DNA from: Octopus vulgaris
Taxonomy: Eukaryota
Reading direction: 5' to 3'
Assembly: GCA_951406725.2 (NCBI GenBank)
Contig: OX597818.1
Coordinates: 12,710,001 to 12,774,000 of the forward strand
DNA: 64,000 nucleotides
Both the position numbers and the translations under genes were made by a program. Under the pieces are notes generated by a model. It ran no database searches. It was not told where the DNA came from and saw only the letters and a program-made list of their open reading frames with translations. This document shows positions 11,161 to 24,119 of the stretch, piece by piece. Each line of letters opens with the position of its first letter. Positions within the stretch are counted from its first letter, which is position 1.

Positions 11161-14100
11161 GGCGTTGTGAAATCGTCGAGTCGTCGGCGACTAAACCGGC
11201 AACCCCACTAAACTTGCTTGGTAAGGAGGGTGGAGTTTCTTCACTCTGCCATATTAAACACAAATACTGGCAAAGAGCAGAGGAACCTAAAAGAGTCAAT
11301 GGCCATTCCGAAAACGGGTAGACAAAACGCGTGAGCTTTGGTTTGTAGTCTGTCTAGGAGAAGGAACACTCTAATTAAAAAACTGGGGTAGATAGGACTC
11401 CTTAGTGACAGTGGTGACAACCTGTCAGCGTCCAACGTCTCCGTGCCTGAGATGAAGGCAAAGGAACCGCGAATCGGGACTTAACACCGAAGTAATATTT
11501 GGATGAAGACACGAGATCAACTGATGCTCTCCTGTGTCCTAATGAAAAACATAATCCTGGTCCCCAACAAACAGAAATGCGAAGGGAACAGGCCCAACTT
11601 ATGGGTAGTAGGTACTCTAAAGTCTTGGTTGACTCCTTCGCCAAACCAACAGGAGAAGTGTGAGAAAAGGCGAGTATCTGGCGCCCTCAAATAATCAGTG
11701 CTCCGGGTAAGCTGCACATGGGTAGCAAGCAGCCGGGGAGAAGAAGCTCTCTAAGTCAAAAACTAGGGGAGCAAGGTTCGTTCCACCTTGGTGGAGAGAT
11801 AGTTTCTTGATAAAAGTACCGTTCAGTAGTAACCTAAAAGTATACCACCTTAGTGAGTGAAAATACCAAGCAAAATAAATGACGAGAACAGTGTGAATGG
11901 GACAGGAACCAATGGAGAACAGTGTGAATGGGACTGGAACCAATGGTAAAGATGCTGCGCTCGGTTGGTGCCCTACTGTGCAGCAGGGTGGTCCCGGTCG
12001 TAACCCAACAACTGCTAGCCATACTACAATATATATTCCTTGTACTGGTCAAAATATGCAACGTGCGTGCAAACTCAAGTGGACTGTTGATATGAACCAA
12101 AAGGCAATCCAGTGCCATGAACAAGCCTAGCTAGACAAGAACAATGGCAAATTAAAAGCTGACAGATAAAGACAATTAGAAATTTGGAACCAGCTGGGTA
12201 TGTTCCAGATTACTGGAAATGGGCTCCTGAATCAGATATGAATAATTCGAAGTAGCTTTTTTAATGAAGCCCAGATAAAAACAATCAAGAAAACCTCTGT
12301 AGAAGTGAGATTAACGTAGATGGAGGTGGGCAAATGCGTAACCTAGGTTATGTTGTAGTGGTGGAGAGGCCTGCTAATCAAAATAAGGTAGAAGACCCTG
12401 AATTACGAGAGGATATGTGTGAGGAACAAACGAACCTAAGCATTAGACTCGGGGATATAGTAATTACAAAAACAGAGACCAAGTCGGTGAATTAAAGAAG
12501 CTTCGACCGTAACTGTGAAATGCGCGATCCTAAAAGTTGATGAGATTTTAAAATACATTCTGACAAAAGAACTAACGGAAACAAGGGATGTTGTAGGTGA
12601 ACTGGTTGGAAACAAAAAGAGGAAAATAGACGGGCAGAAGGAGCCAGGGTGGAAACGGAGAATTGAAGGCAATATTTTAACTTTGCGTATAGATCTTAGC
12701 CGCATAGAAGAGTGGCCCAAAGGGCATGGAAAAACGCAAAAAAAACAAAAAAATGTACAAGGCCATATCTTGTTGCGAAGTATCAAATAGAAAAGAAAGG
12801 ATTCAAAGCTATCAGCGAAGCCCTAAAACTGTGTGCGGCAAAAACATTAAGGGTGCAGCGCTACACTGATCGCATATCGCAGTTCCAGTAAAACCGGTTA
12901 TTCTCAAATAACCAGAGACAGTTTTTTAAGGGCTTAGGAGGAAATACAGAAAGTAATACATCTGGAGCAGAAGAAACCCACCAAGTTTGGAATAACATCT
13001 GGGGTCAAGAAATTTCCCCAAAAACACGGTGCTGAGTGGATTCATTTCGTGAGATCCGAAATCCATCACCCGGAAGCTCCATGACAGGACCATGTGCACA
13101 TAACAACGGAAGATGTCATTGCACAGGTATCAAAACTCCCATACTGGAAAGCGGTAGATTCAGACGCAATTCAAGGCTACTGGCTCAAGTGGTTTAGGTC
13201 AACACACAAGAGAATTGTGTTGCAATTAGACAATTTCCTACAGGGCGGTGCAGTTCCGGTAGAAAGGTAAAACAACATTTTTATTGAAATATCGCCCAAA
13301 GGGCAATCAGGTTGACAATAATCGACCTTTCACTTGCCTTAACCTCCTACGGAAAGTATTAACCGGTATCCTCGCAGGGAATATACGTACTTTCCTTGCG
13401 GAAAACAATCTTCTTCCAGTTGAACAAAAGAGATGTCGAAAAGGATCCAAGAGTACCATGTACTACCTTGTGATAGACAAGATTATAACGAAGAATTGTA
13501 AACGGTTCCAAAAAAACTTATGCATTGCTTGGATAGACTTCAAAAAGACTTGACATGTTGCCGCATTCGTGCATCTTGGAAACACTCGGCCTGTTTGGAA
13601 TAATTGAACAGCATGCCTAGTTGGAAAACACATCTTGCCTGTAACAACCAGCATTTAGCCAAAGTAACAATAAAAATGGTATCTTCCAAGGACCTGTAAT
13701 GAAGAGGCTGGTTGGGACTGTTCAAATATGCAGCAAGGGTATAGGGATCGAATTCGGTATCTCGAAGGGTGCGGTGATTATTTGACGCGGGGTAAAAGAG
13801 TAAATTGTAGGGGCATAGAATTACTAAACGGAAAGAGAATGGAAGACCCGGGTGATGAGGGGTACAAGTACTTTGGGATCTTGGAGCTGGACAATATCTT
13901 GCATAAAGAAATGAAAGACAAGGCTATCACTGGATATTCGAAGCGCGTTAAAACTCTCTTGAAATCAAAGCTCAACTCAAGGAACCTTGTGAATGTCATT
14001 AACATATGGGCGATTGCTTTAGTCCGCTGGAGTTCACCCATCCTGATTAACCAACTCGATCGCACTATCCGAAAGACAACGACAATTTACAGTGCCCTCC

Positions 14101-15043
14101 ACCCTAAGGCAAATGTATACAGGCTCTACATGAAGATGGTTAAAGTTGGACGTGGGTTCATTGGCGTACGGGAGTGCAACAACATTGAAAGCAGAAACAT
14201 AGCAGGATATTTGGTAAACAGCAAATAGCACCTGCTACAGTTTGCTGCTAATGCAGAAGGATTTAGCAAAAATTAAAAGACCCCGAAGCATCATTGAGGT
14301 GGCTTAACAAGGGTGACCCCAAAAAGAATACTGAAAGCCTAATCAACGCTACCCAGGACCAGGCATTGAATACCAGATCAGTGAAAAAGTATATATACTA
14401 CACAAGTGAAACGGACCTCTGCAGAATGTATGGGAAGAGAGTCCAAGGAGTGAATCACATTGTTTGTGCTTGTAAAAGTATTGTGCAGAAAGCGTACAGG
14501 CGTAGACACGACAAGGTAGCCCAAAACCTCCACTGGCTGCTAATCCGTAAGAATGGATGAGCGGTAACGGGTGCTTGGTACCAACATACACCGTAACAGG
14601 TAATGGCTGAAAAGGTGAAGGCAAAAAGCCTCTGGGACTTTGATTTCCAAACAGACAAGGTATTAGAACACTGAAGGCCGGATATAGTAACCTTTAATAG
14701 GGACAAACAAGAGTGCCTAATAAATGACGTGGCAGTGCCAGGAGATCAACATATCATCATGAAAAAAAGACAAAAGATTGATAAATATGGAAACCTGAGA
14801 ATGTGGCAGCTACGAGTGTCAAACATAGTTTATCCCTAATGTCATCGGGGCATTGGATTCAATATTACCCAATCTGAAAAAAAACATCTGACCTTAGAAA
14901 TACATTACAATCTAGGAATATTGCAAAAGTCGGTATTGATTGGAACTGCTCTCATATTGCGTAAAATACCATTTGTCTGTGGTCCTACTTGTCACAATAT
15001 CTTCAATCACCAACCCCACGATATTGTATACTGTGCGGTGTCT
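11161..15043 (+). mobile_element. R4/Dong-clade non-LTR retrotransposon, near full length, inactivated
   Basis: Ordered ORF fragments: EPGWKRRIEGNILTLRIDLSR; RPFTCLNLLRK...EQKRCRKG...LVIDK...AWIDFKK (RT); GIFQG; YKYFGILE; CRMYG..NHIVCAC..RRRHDKVA (zinc knuckle/RHD); LWDF..RPDIV..DVAVPGD (RLE); QKSVLIGTALILRK. (TAA)n at both ends. Many stops and frameshifts. Confidence 0.9.
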
Positions 15044-15059
15044 ATAATAATAATCAAAA

Positions 15060-15272
15060 TTGTTTCAAATTTTGCCACAAAGATAGCTCTATGGGAGAGG
15101 GTTTGAGTCAATTATATAGACCCGAATGTTCAGCTGGTACTTATTTTATTGACCCTGAAATGATCAAATGTAAAGTTGACCTCGACGGAATTTAAACATT
15201 GAACGTAGAGATATACAAAATATTTTTTAGGCATTTTACCCAGTGTTAACGAATCAGTCAACTCCCTGCCTT
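15060..15272 (-). mobile_element. SINE family B copy
   Basis: CTGGTACTTATTTTATTGACCCTGAAATGATCAAATGTAAAGTTGACCTCGACGGAATTT core. Confidence 0.75.
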
Positions 15273-15354
15273 AATAATAATAATAATGATAATAATGATG
15301 ATAATAATAATAATAATAATAATGATAATGTTGATGATAATAATAATAATAATG

Positions 15355-15414
<60 letters not shown>
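15272..15414. repeat. (TAA)n/(TGA)n microsatellite
   Basis: Direct read. Confidence 0.95.
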
Positions 15415-15417
<3 letters not shown>

Positions 15418-15427
15418 TCAACTAAAG

Positions 15428-15753
15428 CAGATGTTCTCAAACTTTTCGCCGCCCCTCATGGCCACATAATACCTTCAGTGCCCCACCCCTATTTTTTATG
15501 TATAAATGCACATTTTATATCTTACTAATTTATATATAATATAAATCATTTGATATTTAACATAATATTATATAATTTGTATACAATATTACAATAGCAT
15601 TATAATAAATTCATAGCATCCCCCAATTCACTGCCTTCTTTCCAAAGTCTCCTTTATCTCTACCGTATCACTAGAAACCTTAAGCACCAGAAACTCACCT
15701 GGACCGTCTCAATGCCCACCGGGGACCGGTAGCGCCCACTTTAAGAACCTTTG
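15428..15753. mobile_element. hAT-like MITE, copy 2, complete, with 8-bp TSD
   Basis: TIRs CAGATGTTCTCAAAC / CTTTAAGAACCTTTG. Flanks AACTAAAG (15420-15427) and TACTAAAG (15754-15761). Confidence 0.8.
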
Positions 15754-15857
15754 TACTAAAGGCACAAAACCCTACATTTGGGGGGAGGAGGCTAGTCGAT
15801 TACGTCGACACCATTTCGTAACTGGAACTTATTTCATCGACCGCGAAAGGATGAAAT
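15754..15857 (-). mobile_element. SINE family B fragment interrupted by the MITE
   Basis: GGCACAA...AGTCGATTACGTCGAC...ATCGACCGCGAAAGGATGAAA. Confidence 0.7.
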
Positions 15858-16524
15858 TCTGCTGAGGACGATTTTGAATTTCATCTCGAAATCGATAAAA
15901 TTCTTAAAACCAGCAGAGTACTTGAATCACTGTACTTGGATCGCTGGCCTTGAATCAAAATTTTAAACCACTATTATTATTATTATTGTTGTTGTTTTTG
16001 TTATTTTGATCTTTTATTGTCAGTGTTGTTATTAATGATGATGTTGTTAAGAGCAGAATTCTTAAGAATTCGAGCAAAATGCTTTCTGTCGTTTCTTTCT
16101 GCTCCTTATATTCTGAATACCACTGTCCTCCATTTGCTTCTCATCCTTCTAGAATTCATGAAATGTGAACCATTTGAGTACTGGGATCGATGTACGCGAT
16201 TAGCCACATTCATGCTTTGTGCTTGCAGTAGAGATGTTTATTATTCGTTTATGACACTTAGATGCCATATCATTTTGTAGAGATATTGTTTGAGGTTTGG
16301 TGAACATAGGTTTTTCTCAAATCTGAAGAATCTTCTTGGCATTCATGTAGAATACAGGACTGCCGCCTGCCTGGAGGTCGAAAATGTCATTCTGATTTTC
16401 AGAACTATCAACCTCTTATGTAATAGGTAGCACAATTAGTTGTTACAATTATATTTATCGTCTAAGTCTTCCACAGTTTTCTTCATCACTCTAGCTCTGT
16501 CCTGAAATTTCTCTATGATTATTA

Positions 16525-16526
16525 AT

Positions 16527-16566
<40 letters not shown>

Positions 16567-16601
16567 CGTCGTCGTCGTCGTCGTCGTTGTTGTTGTTGTT
16601 A

Positions 16602-16642
<41 letters not shown>

Positions 16643-16895
16643 GTTGTTGTTGTTGTTGTTATTATTGTTATTATTATTATTATTCTTATGATTATTATTA
16701 TTATTATTATCATTATTATTATTACTGTTATTATCATTATTGATATTATTATTTTTGTTGTTGTTGTTGTTGTTGTTATTATTATTATTATTATTATTAT
16801 TCTTATGATTATTATTATTATTATTATTATCATTATTATTATTACTGTTATTATCATTATTGATATTATTATTTTTGTTGTTGTTGTTGTTGTTG

Positions 16896-16966
<71 letters not shown>
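16525..16966. repeat. Compound (TCA)n/(TCG)n/(TTG)n/(TTA)n microsatellite with a higher-order duplication
   Basis: Direct read. A ~120-bp interrupted block is repeated twice (16682-16910). Confidence 0.9.
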
Positions 16967-16969
<3 letters not shown>

Positions 16970-18747
16970 TAGTTTTCTTTTTATAGCCTGCTTTCACTTC
17001 ACTACCGAGCGCATCTCCCTGTGCCTTGGGTATGTGCTGTGATTTGTTGTGATGCTCTGATGGTTATTGTATGGAAAGTGTTCTGCGTAGGATGTGTGCA
17101 GTGCCTAGTAGTGCAATTTTCTGTATGTTATATGTGTTTGTAAGTCCTGGTGTTTTTGTTATGTATTTGCCTGAATATTTTTTATCATGCCTAATGCACC
17201 TACTATGATAGGAATTGTTTCTGTTTTTAGATTCTACTTTCTGGTAACCTCTATTTCCATGTCTTTGTATTTTGAAAGATTCTCCATTTCTTTTAGAGAC
17301 ACGTTGTCATCTGCTGGTATTGATACATCAATTAGAAAGCATTTTTTCTTCATGATCTCTGACAACTATATCTGGTCTGTTGGCCTCAATTTCTCTATCT
17401 GTGTGTATCGGCATATTCCAGAGTATGGTTGCTTTCTCGTATTCTGTGACCTTTTCTGGTGTGTGCCTATACCATCTTTTTTCTGTTGTTATTCCATAAT
17501 GTTGGCATAGCTTCCAGTGTATGTAGCTCCCAACTCTGTAGTGTCTGTGAATATATTCCTTCTTAGCCAGGACTGGGCAGCCAGAGATAATTTGATTTAT
17601 TGTTTCTTGTCCATCTCCACATATTCTGCAGTTACTTGTTATATTTCATTTCATTACATGTTTTTGGTAATTTCTGGTGGGGAGGCTTTGGTCTTGTGCT
17701 GCAATTAAAAATCCCTCTGTCTCTGTTTTGAGTCCTGAGTTTCTCAACCATTGCTGGGATTTTTCTTTGTCTATTTCTTTGCATTTAGTTTAGTCCAGTA
17801 TTTACCATGAAGGGGCATTTCTTGCCATCGTTTTATCATGGTTCTTTGCTGTTCTAGTTTTAGTTTGGATTTCGTTTGTTTTATAGCTTTTGTTGTTTCT
17901 TCTTCTTCTTCTTCTTCTTCTTCTTCTTCTTCTTCTTCTTCTTCTTCTTCTTCTTCTTCTTCTTCTTCTTCTTCTTCTTCTTCTTCTTCTTCTTCTTCAT
18001 ATTTATTAGGTGGTTTGATTTCTTGTTTGTATTTGTCAGCTTCCTTAAATACTGAGAACAGTTTTTTGTTTTGCTCGTGTTTTGCCGCTATTTGTATCAG
18101 TTTTCCTTCCTTCTGAAGTAGATATTTTTGCAGTCCAATGGTGGTTATTTTATAGTAGTTTTCCAGCTGTATAAGGCCTCTACCACCTTCTATACGTTGT
18201 ATATATAGTCTTTCTATGTCAGACTTTGGGTGATGCATCCTAGACCCTGTCATTATTTTTCTTGTTTTCCTATCTATTTTGGTCAGTTCATTTAGTGTCC
18301 AGTTAATGGTATTTAGCTGTAACTTATAACTAGGACGGCTAAAGTGTTAATACGTATTATCTTGTTATTAGCATTGAGCTCTGTTTTTAGTATTGATCTA
18401 ACTCGTCTATAATATTCTTTTTTTTATTTTCTCTTTCATTTGTGTGTGTTGTGTCTTATCTAGTTCATGGATTCCTAAGTATTTGTAAGTCTGGGTTTGG
18501 TCTAATTCTTTTATTTCATTGGTTTTATCTAGTGTGATGTTGCTACTCTTAACTAGTTTTCCTCTTTTCAGGGTTACTTTGGCGCATTTTTCTAATCCAA
18601 ATTTCATATCTATTTCTTTGGTAAATCCATGAACTGTCTTTAATAGTGTTTCCAGCTGTTTGTCATTTGCGGCGTATAGTTTCAGGTCATCCATATATAA
18701 AAGGTGGCTGATCGTTTTGCCGTAACATTTATATCCGCATCCAGTTC

Positions 18748-18750
<3 letters not shown>
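16967..18750 (-). mobile_element. R4/Dong-clade retrotransposon, 5'-truncated, embedded in (TAA)n
   Basis: ISHLLYMDDLKLYA...MKFGLEKCAK...YKYLGIHE (18407-18750); MHHPKSDIERLYIQRIEGGRGL; PLHGKY; C-terminal QKIALLGTAHILRRTL. (TTA)n on both plus-strand flanks. Confidence 0.92.
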
Positions 18751-18820
<70 letters not shown>

Positions 18821-18850
18821 CATCATCATCATCATCTTCATCATTATTAA

Positions 18851-19032
18851 GGCGGCGAGCTGGCAGAATCGTAAGCACGTGAGGCACAGTGCTTTGCAGC
18901 ATTTTGTCCTTCCTTATGTTCTGAAATAATGAAATGCAAAATCGACCTCGGCGGAATTTGAAATCCGAACATGAGGACGGACGAAATGCCTCTAAACATT
19001 TCACCCAGTGTGTTAACGATTCCGCCAGCTCA
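18851..19032. mobile_element. Two SINE family B 5' heads in opposite orientation
   Basis: Plus GGCGGCGAGCTGGCAGAATCGT...ATGTTCTGA (18851-18924), then a minus copy ending AACGATTCCGCCAGCTC (18930-19031). Confidence 0.8.
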
Positions 19033-22000
19033 TGACATTAAACATCAAAAGTAGTATTAATGGTTTCAATTTTTGAGATGTAAGTCATGCAAAACTTTAA
19101 TATACACGTTGTTAGAGAATTTTCCGTCAGTATATACATGATTTACGCTTTGTAGTTACTCACGTAGCTAAACCTATCCTGTAAGTACAGGTTTGAGGTA
19201 AAGCCGTAGTTCTACACACATCTCAATGATAAAATTTAATGTGAGCGCGACTTACATATACACGTTATTATTTCACTGAAATAGATATTTTGCATACTGA
19301 AATTACCTTAATTCCGTTATATCAGTCTGCGTTGTTCCGTTGCAATATAGCTTTTGTAGAAACATTATCAAAGTCGATTTCTTTTCTATTTCATGTACAT
19401 GTGTAAACATTCATTTGATCATAAAACAACCTTTCAGTCTGTAACTCACTTCCTCTTTGTACATTCGACCCTAGGCCTTTTATACTAAATGAACTCCGCG
19501 TTTACATCGCATATTCCGACGAAGTGTTGATCTGCAATCAACTATTTCAACAGCATACATGTTATTTCTACATAGTCATTACAAATGCAACAAAAATAGA
19601 TTGATATAAAGTCGTTTGATTACTTGAAAATTCATGTTGTGTAAGAGAAATATTCGCGACATGGAGAGAACATATACTCAAGTGTAATACACTTGTATCA
19701 GACAAGGTATTTCAGACAATAATCGTAAATAATAACTGATCTAACTTATATTGAGCAATTATTACGTCGCTGTGTACGTATCGACAACATTATTTATTAA
19801 CTTCTAACATACTCTCCCGACTTGGTATCATTTCTCTCCACGAAAATCACATCTGTTTCATGTTCATGTACGTGACGTTGGCAGTGTTTCAGTTTTTTAA
19901 ATCAATATGACTCTATTTGTACAGGGTTCCTGAATATAATATTGATTCACAATCAGTTAAACGTAGAAGAATATGATTTTATGGAAATATTAAGCTGACG
20001 AGAAATGAAAGTATTCAAAGTTGTGAAAGAATTATTTAGTTTGGTGCGTGCTTTGCATATTTCAGCTTGTTGAAATATAGCCGTGTTCTTTTTATATTTC
20101 GGCGATTAATAATCTTTTGAAGATCTTAAAGAACATATACTTTGTAGTTGGAACTCTGATTATTCTTGGGTTGTTGCGAAGTACGCGTCCGTTTTACTGA
20201 AAAATGTAATTGTAATTTTATTATTTGTTGAAAAATTGTACCTACACATTTTTGGACATTATGTGAGATAAAGATCCTCTTTACGAATACAAATATTTTT
20301 CACCGAATGAATATTTCCCTTATAACTGAACATGTAGATTATATGAATAATATTTTTAATGATATTCATTATCTTAGTTAAACAAAAATTCTTATTGAAA
20401 AGCTTCATTAGTATTTATTATGCATAAATGACTATTTCGTGGGCTTTCACCATTGTACTGCACGAAGGTGCATACAATAAAAAAATGTTTCTCAAGGGTC
20501 TGGTCCTGCGAGAAGGGAAATAGGATGGGAGAAATAACTTTCTTATTGAATATTGAATTAAATTTTTACATTTCTCTAAAAGGGGAGCTATATGGAAGCA
20601 GACACTATTTTGTCGTAGCGTTAACAATAGTGCTTGAGGAAACATTGTGTCCTAATATATGACACCTTGCTTCAAATAATTGATGATTTGAAACAAATAA
20701 AGTTGAATAAAAAATATTTTCTTCGAAATTACTACCATAACACAATTAAAACTGCCACCCCCATACTGAACAATATGTCTAACCATATACAAACAGAGTA
20801 CTATGTTTGTAACCTATATTAAAGGTTCCTGTTGGTGAGATTATTACGCCCGTACAACTTTCTCTTCTATCTGAATAGTAACAACTGCACAACCAAAACA
20901 ATTCCCTCTCACTCTCTTTCTTTCTCTCTCTTCCTCATTCTCCTCTCTGTCTCTCCCTCTCTCTCTTTGCTTAAAACTTTTCTTGGTATATGTTCTCTTT
21001 CTTCTGAAAGCGTGAAGATGCACGAAACATTTCTGTGGGTATATAGACTTTTTGTGGATATACTCATACGCACCCCTACACAAACACACAGATACATGTT
21101 TCACATTTTCTTTTTTCTAAGTGTTAACGCATTTCTCTATTAAATTTTCTTTTCATTCCATCAAACTTCTTTTCCATAGTGTTAATGTTATATGTAGGCT
21201 CAAGCATAATAATATATTGTATCTTGTCATAAAGAATAATGGTTTACATTTTCTTTGAAGAATATTTATATCAGTGCTTGGGGATAGGTTTATTATTACA
21301 CATATTTATATATAGTTGTAGATGCCTAACTTTTATTTTTCTAAGAATAGTAAAGCCAATGTGAATAAGTACACTCAATTCTTAATTCGAAATTCTTTTT
21401 GACTCACAGATTCTGCTAGCATTTCGAGAACAATGTCTCAAAGGCTGTGCGCTAACAATTTATCAGTTATAAATATTTATTTCGCTTATAAATTTTGGTG
21501 TAAACTGTCAATTAACGAGGAATTGAAACTGCGTTAAAGATTAATATCATGATGGTTTTCTCAAATAAACGTGAAGACGCAAAATGTTTTAAATATTTAG
21601 CAATCTCTGCCTTACCAGTAACTATCTACGGTTAAGTTTAGTAATATATTGTGCTAACATGTAGGTCATTTAAGTCGTTACAGCCAGTAAGGATTTGAAA
21701 TGCTATTGAAATATATATAAAATGCATGCATTTTGCAAAACGAGATAATCTGATTATTATACAACAGAAATCAGCTAGCATGTTGAATATGATTGTTACA
21801 TATTTGTTATACAAAAGGATTCACGAAATTGCAAATACATTTTTGCGGTGGTGTTTCTAAATCCATACCTTGATGGAGTTATTTTAAGATATATATTTTG
21901 CACTAGGGTGTGGATTCAAAAGTTTATTTCATTTCATATACATGATCAATAAAATAAATTCTAAACACATGGTGTTGTATACTTCTTTGGTGGTATTGTT

Positions 22001-23197
22001 GCATTTAATTAAGTGTTGGCGGACACAAGACACCTTCGTAGTCAGGTGTTCCTTCAGTCTAGAGTGCTCAGAAGGAAGAACGCCAAATATTGTTTAGGCG
22101 TAAGCGAATTTTAGGTTAATTGAAATAAGGATTTATTAGTAATCTCAGCTCATCTACGTGTAGAGCGCATGAACTGGCTAGAAGCATGACACACAACAGA
22201 CAGAGAAAAGTCCAACGTCGTAGATGAAAAGTATATAAAATAGAATAGAGCCCTTGGGCAATTTTCTATTTCAATTATTTACGAACTATCCAATATGTAC
22301 ATGGAATTATGGTGTGGCAGAAATATAACTAACTTAAACATAACGTAACTGTTAGTATTCCGACTAGTTACACACACACACACATACAATCACACACAAA
22401 CGCACTTACACACACATATATAAACACACACATGCACGCACATAGCCATATATTCCATGGTTACTGCCGTTTTGCCGACATATGGGTTAAATAAATCATT
22501 TATCGTATGGGAAAATAGGAATAGAAAATTGATTATAAAATATTCATTAAACAACGTGATACTCATAGTCATTTCATCACAACTAAATGGATATATTAAT
22601 GTATGTCAATGAATTTATGAATTAATTTTTAATTATTCATTCTTTCATGAGGAAATGACAGTGAGCTTAAAATGATCTAACCACCATTATATAATAATTT
22701 TTTATACGTTTCCCTGTCAAATGAATAATTTGATCTATAATTGTAGAAAACGATATCACATAGGAATAGCAATGCTACTGGTACACTCGTTCAATTGCAC
22801 GTTATTTCATACTCTGCGACTATAGAAAAGTTCCTGGAATTTCAATTACTATTAAATACACGATTGCACTGAAGATTTGTTCCTTTCTAGAAAATTTGCT
22901 ATTTGATATTCGCAGGAGTGCTAAGGTAATATGGATTCCTAGATCACGTCTCATTTTCTCTCTTTCTGTATACCTTTCTGTATTGATATGTATTTATATA
23001 TTTATAAATTCATATATACATACATACAAACATTTGTATATATATATACATGTACATACATATATAAATATGCACGTATATATATATATATATATATATA
23101 CGTATGTATATATATATGTGTGTGTGTGTATGTATATATATATGTATATGTAGATATAACTATATATATATGTATGTATATATATATATATGCATGC

Positions 23198-23254
<57 letters not shown>

Positions 23255-23257
23255 CGT

Positions 23258-23528
23258 GGAGGTGCAATGGCCCAGTGGTTAGGGCAGCGGACTCGCGGTC
23301 GTAAGATCGCGGTTTCGATTCTCAAACCGGGCGTTGTGAGTATTTATTGAGCGAGAACACCTAAAGTTCCACGAGGCTCCGGCAGAAGGTGGTGGTGATT
23401 CCTGCTGTACTCTTTCGCCACAACTTTCTCTCCCCCAGCGGGGTGGCGTCATTCGAAGGCTAAAACAATGCGAAGCACATTGTGACCTGCGATGTGTAGC
23501 AACATCTGATAGCCTGGTCGGTCACGTG
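23258..23528 (+). mobile_element. tRNA-derived SINE family C within (TA)n
   Basis: A-box TGGCCCAGTGG, anticodon-like arm GAC-TCGCG-GTC, B-box GTTTCGATTC, then a non-tRNA body. Confidence 0.75.
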
Positions 23529-23602
<74 letters not shown>

Positions 23603-24119
23603 CATAGATGAGAGAGAAATAGTTTGATGAAATTTTGTTTAACAATACGAAAATTCTAATATCTGGACCATGTGTACACACATATAGATATATTCAATGA
23701 GCATTTACTCAGATTCTCAGCATTTACTCACAATATATTGGTGATTCCGAAAATATAACAGAAGACATAACTCGATTTGACACAGAGATCTCGTCATCCG
23801 AATCCCATGGTTGCTAAACAAATTAGTAAAGCGCACTGTTTGCCTACTCACTCATTGGATATAATTCATTGTAAAAACATTTGGATGAAAAATTAATATC
23901 AATGCAAGATTCCGATAATCAAGTCAGTTATTTATAATTAGAAAAGAAATACATTTTAAGCACTCTAGCTAAAAGAATTCGTAAATTTTACTGTAAATTA
24001 TAGCTGGTCTAAAATTAAACAAAAAGCGTTACGACATTAATGATCTGTCTTCTGAAATTTAAGTCTTCTATCTGGTTCAGAGGCACCAACGTAAATGTAA
24101 ATGTGTGCAATGACAAACG

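Noticed and set aside
23258-23335. tRNA gene
   Set aside because: The acceptor stem does not pair and a long unrelated body follows, so it is a SINE head.
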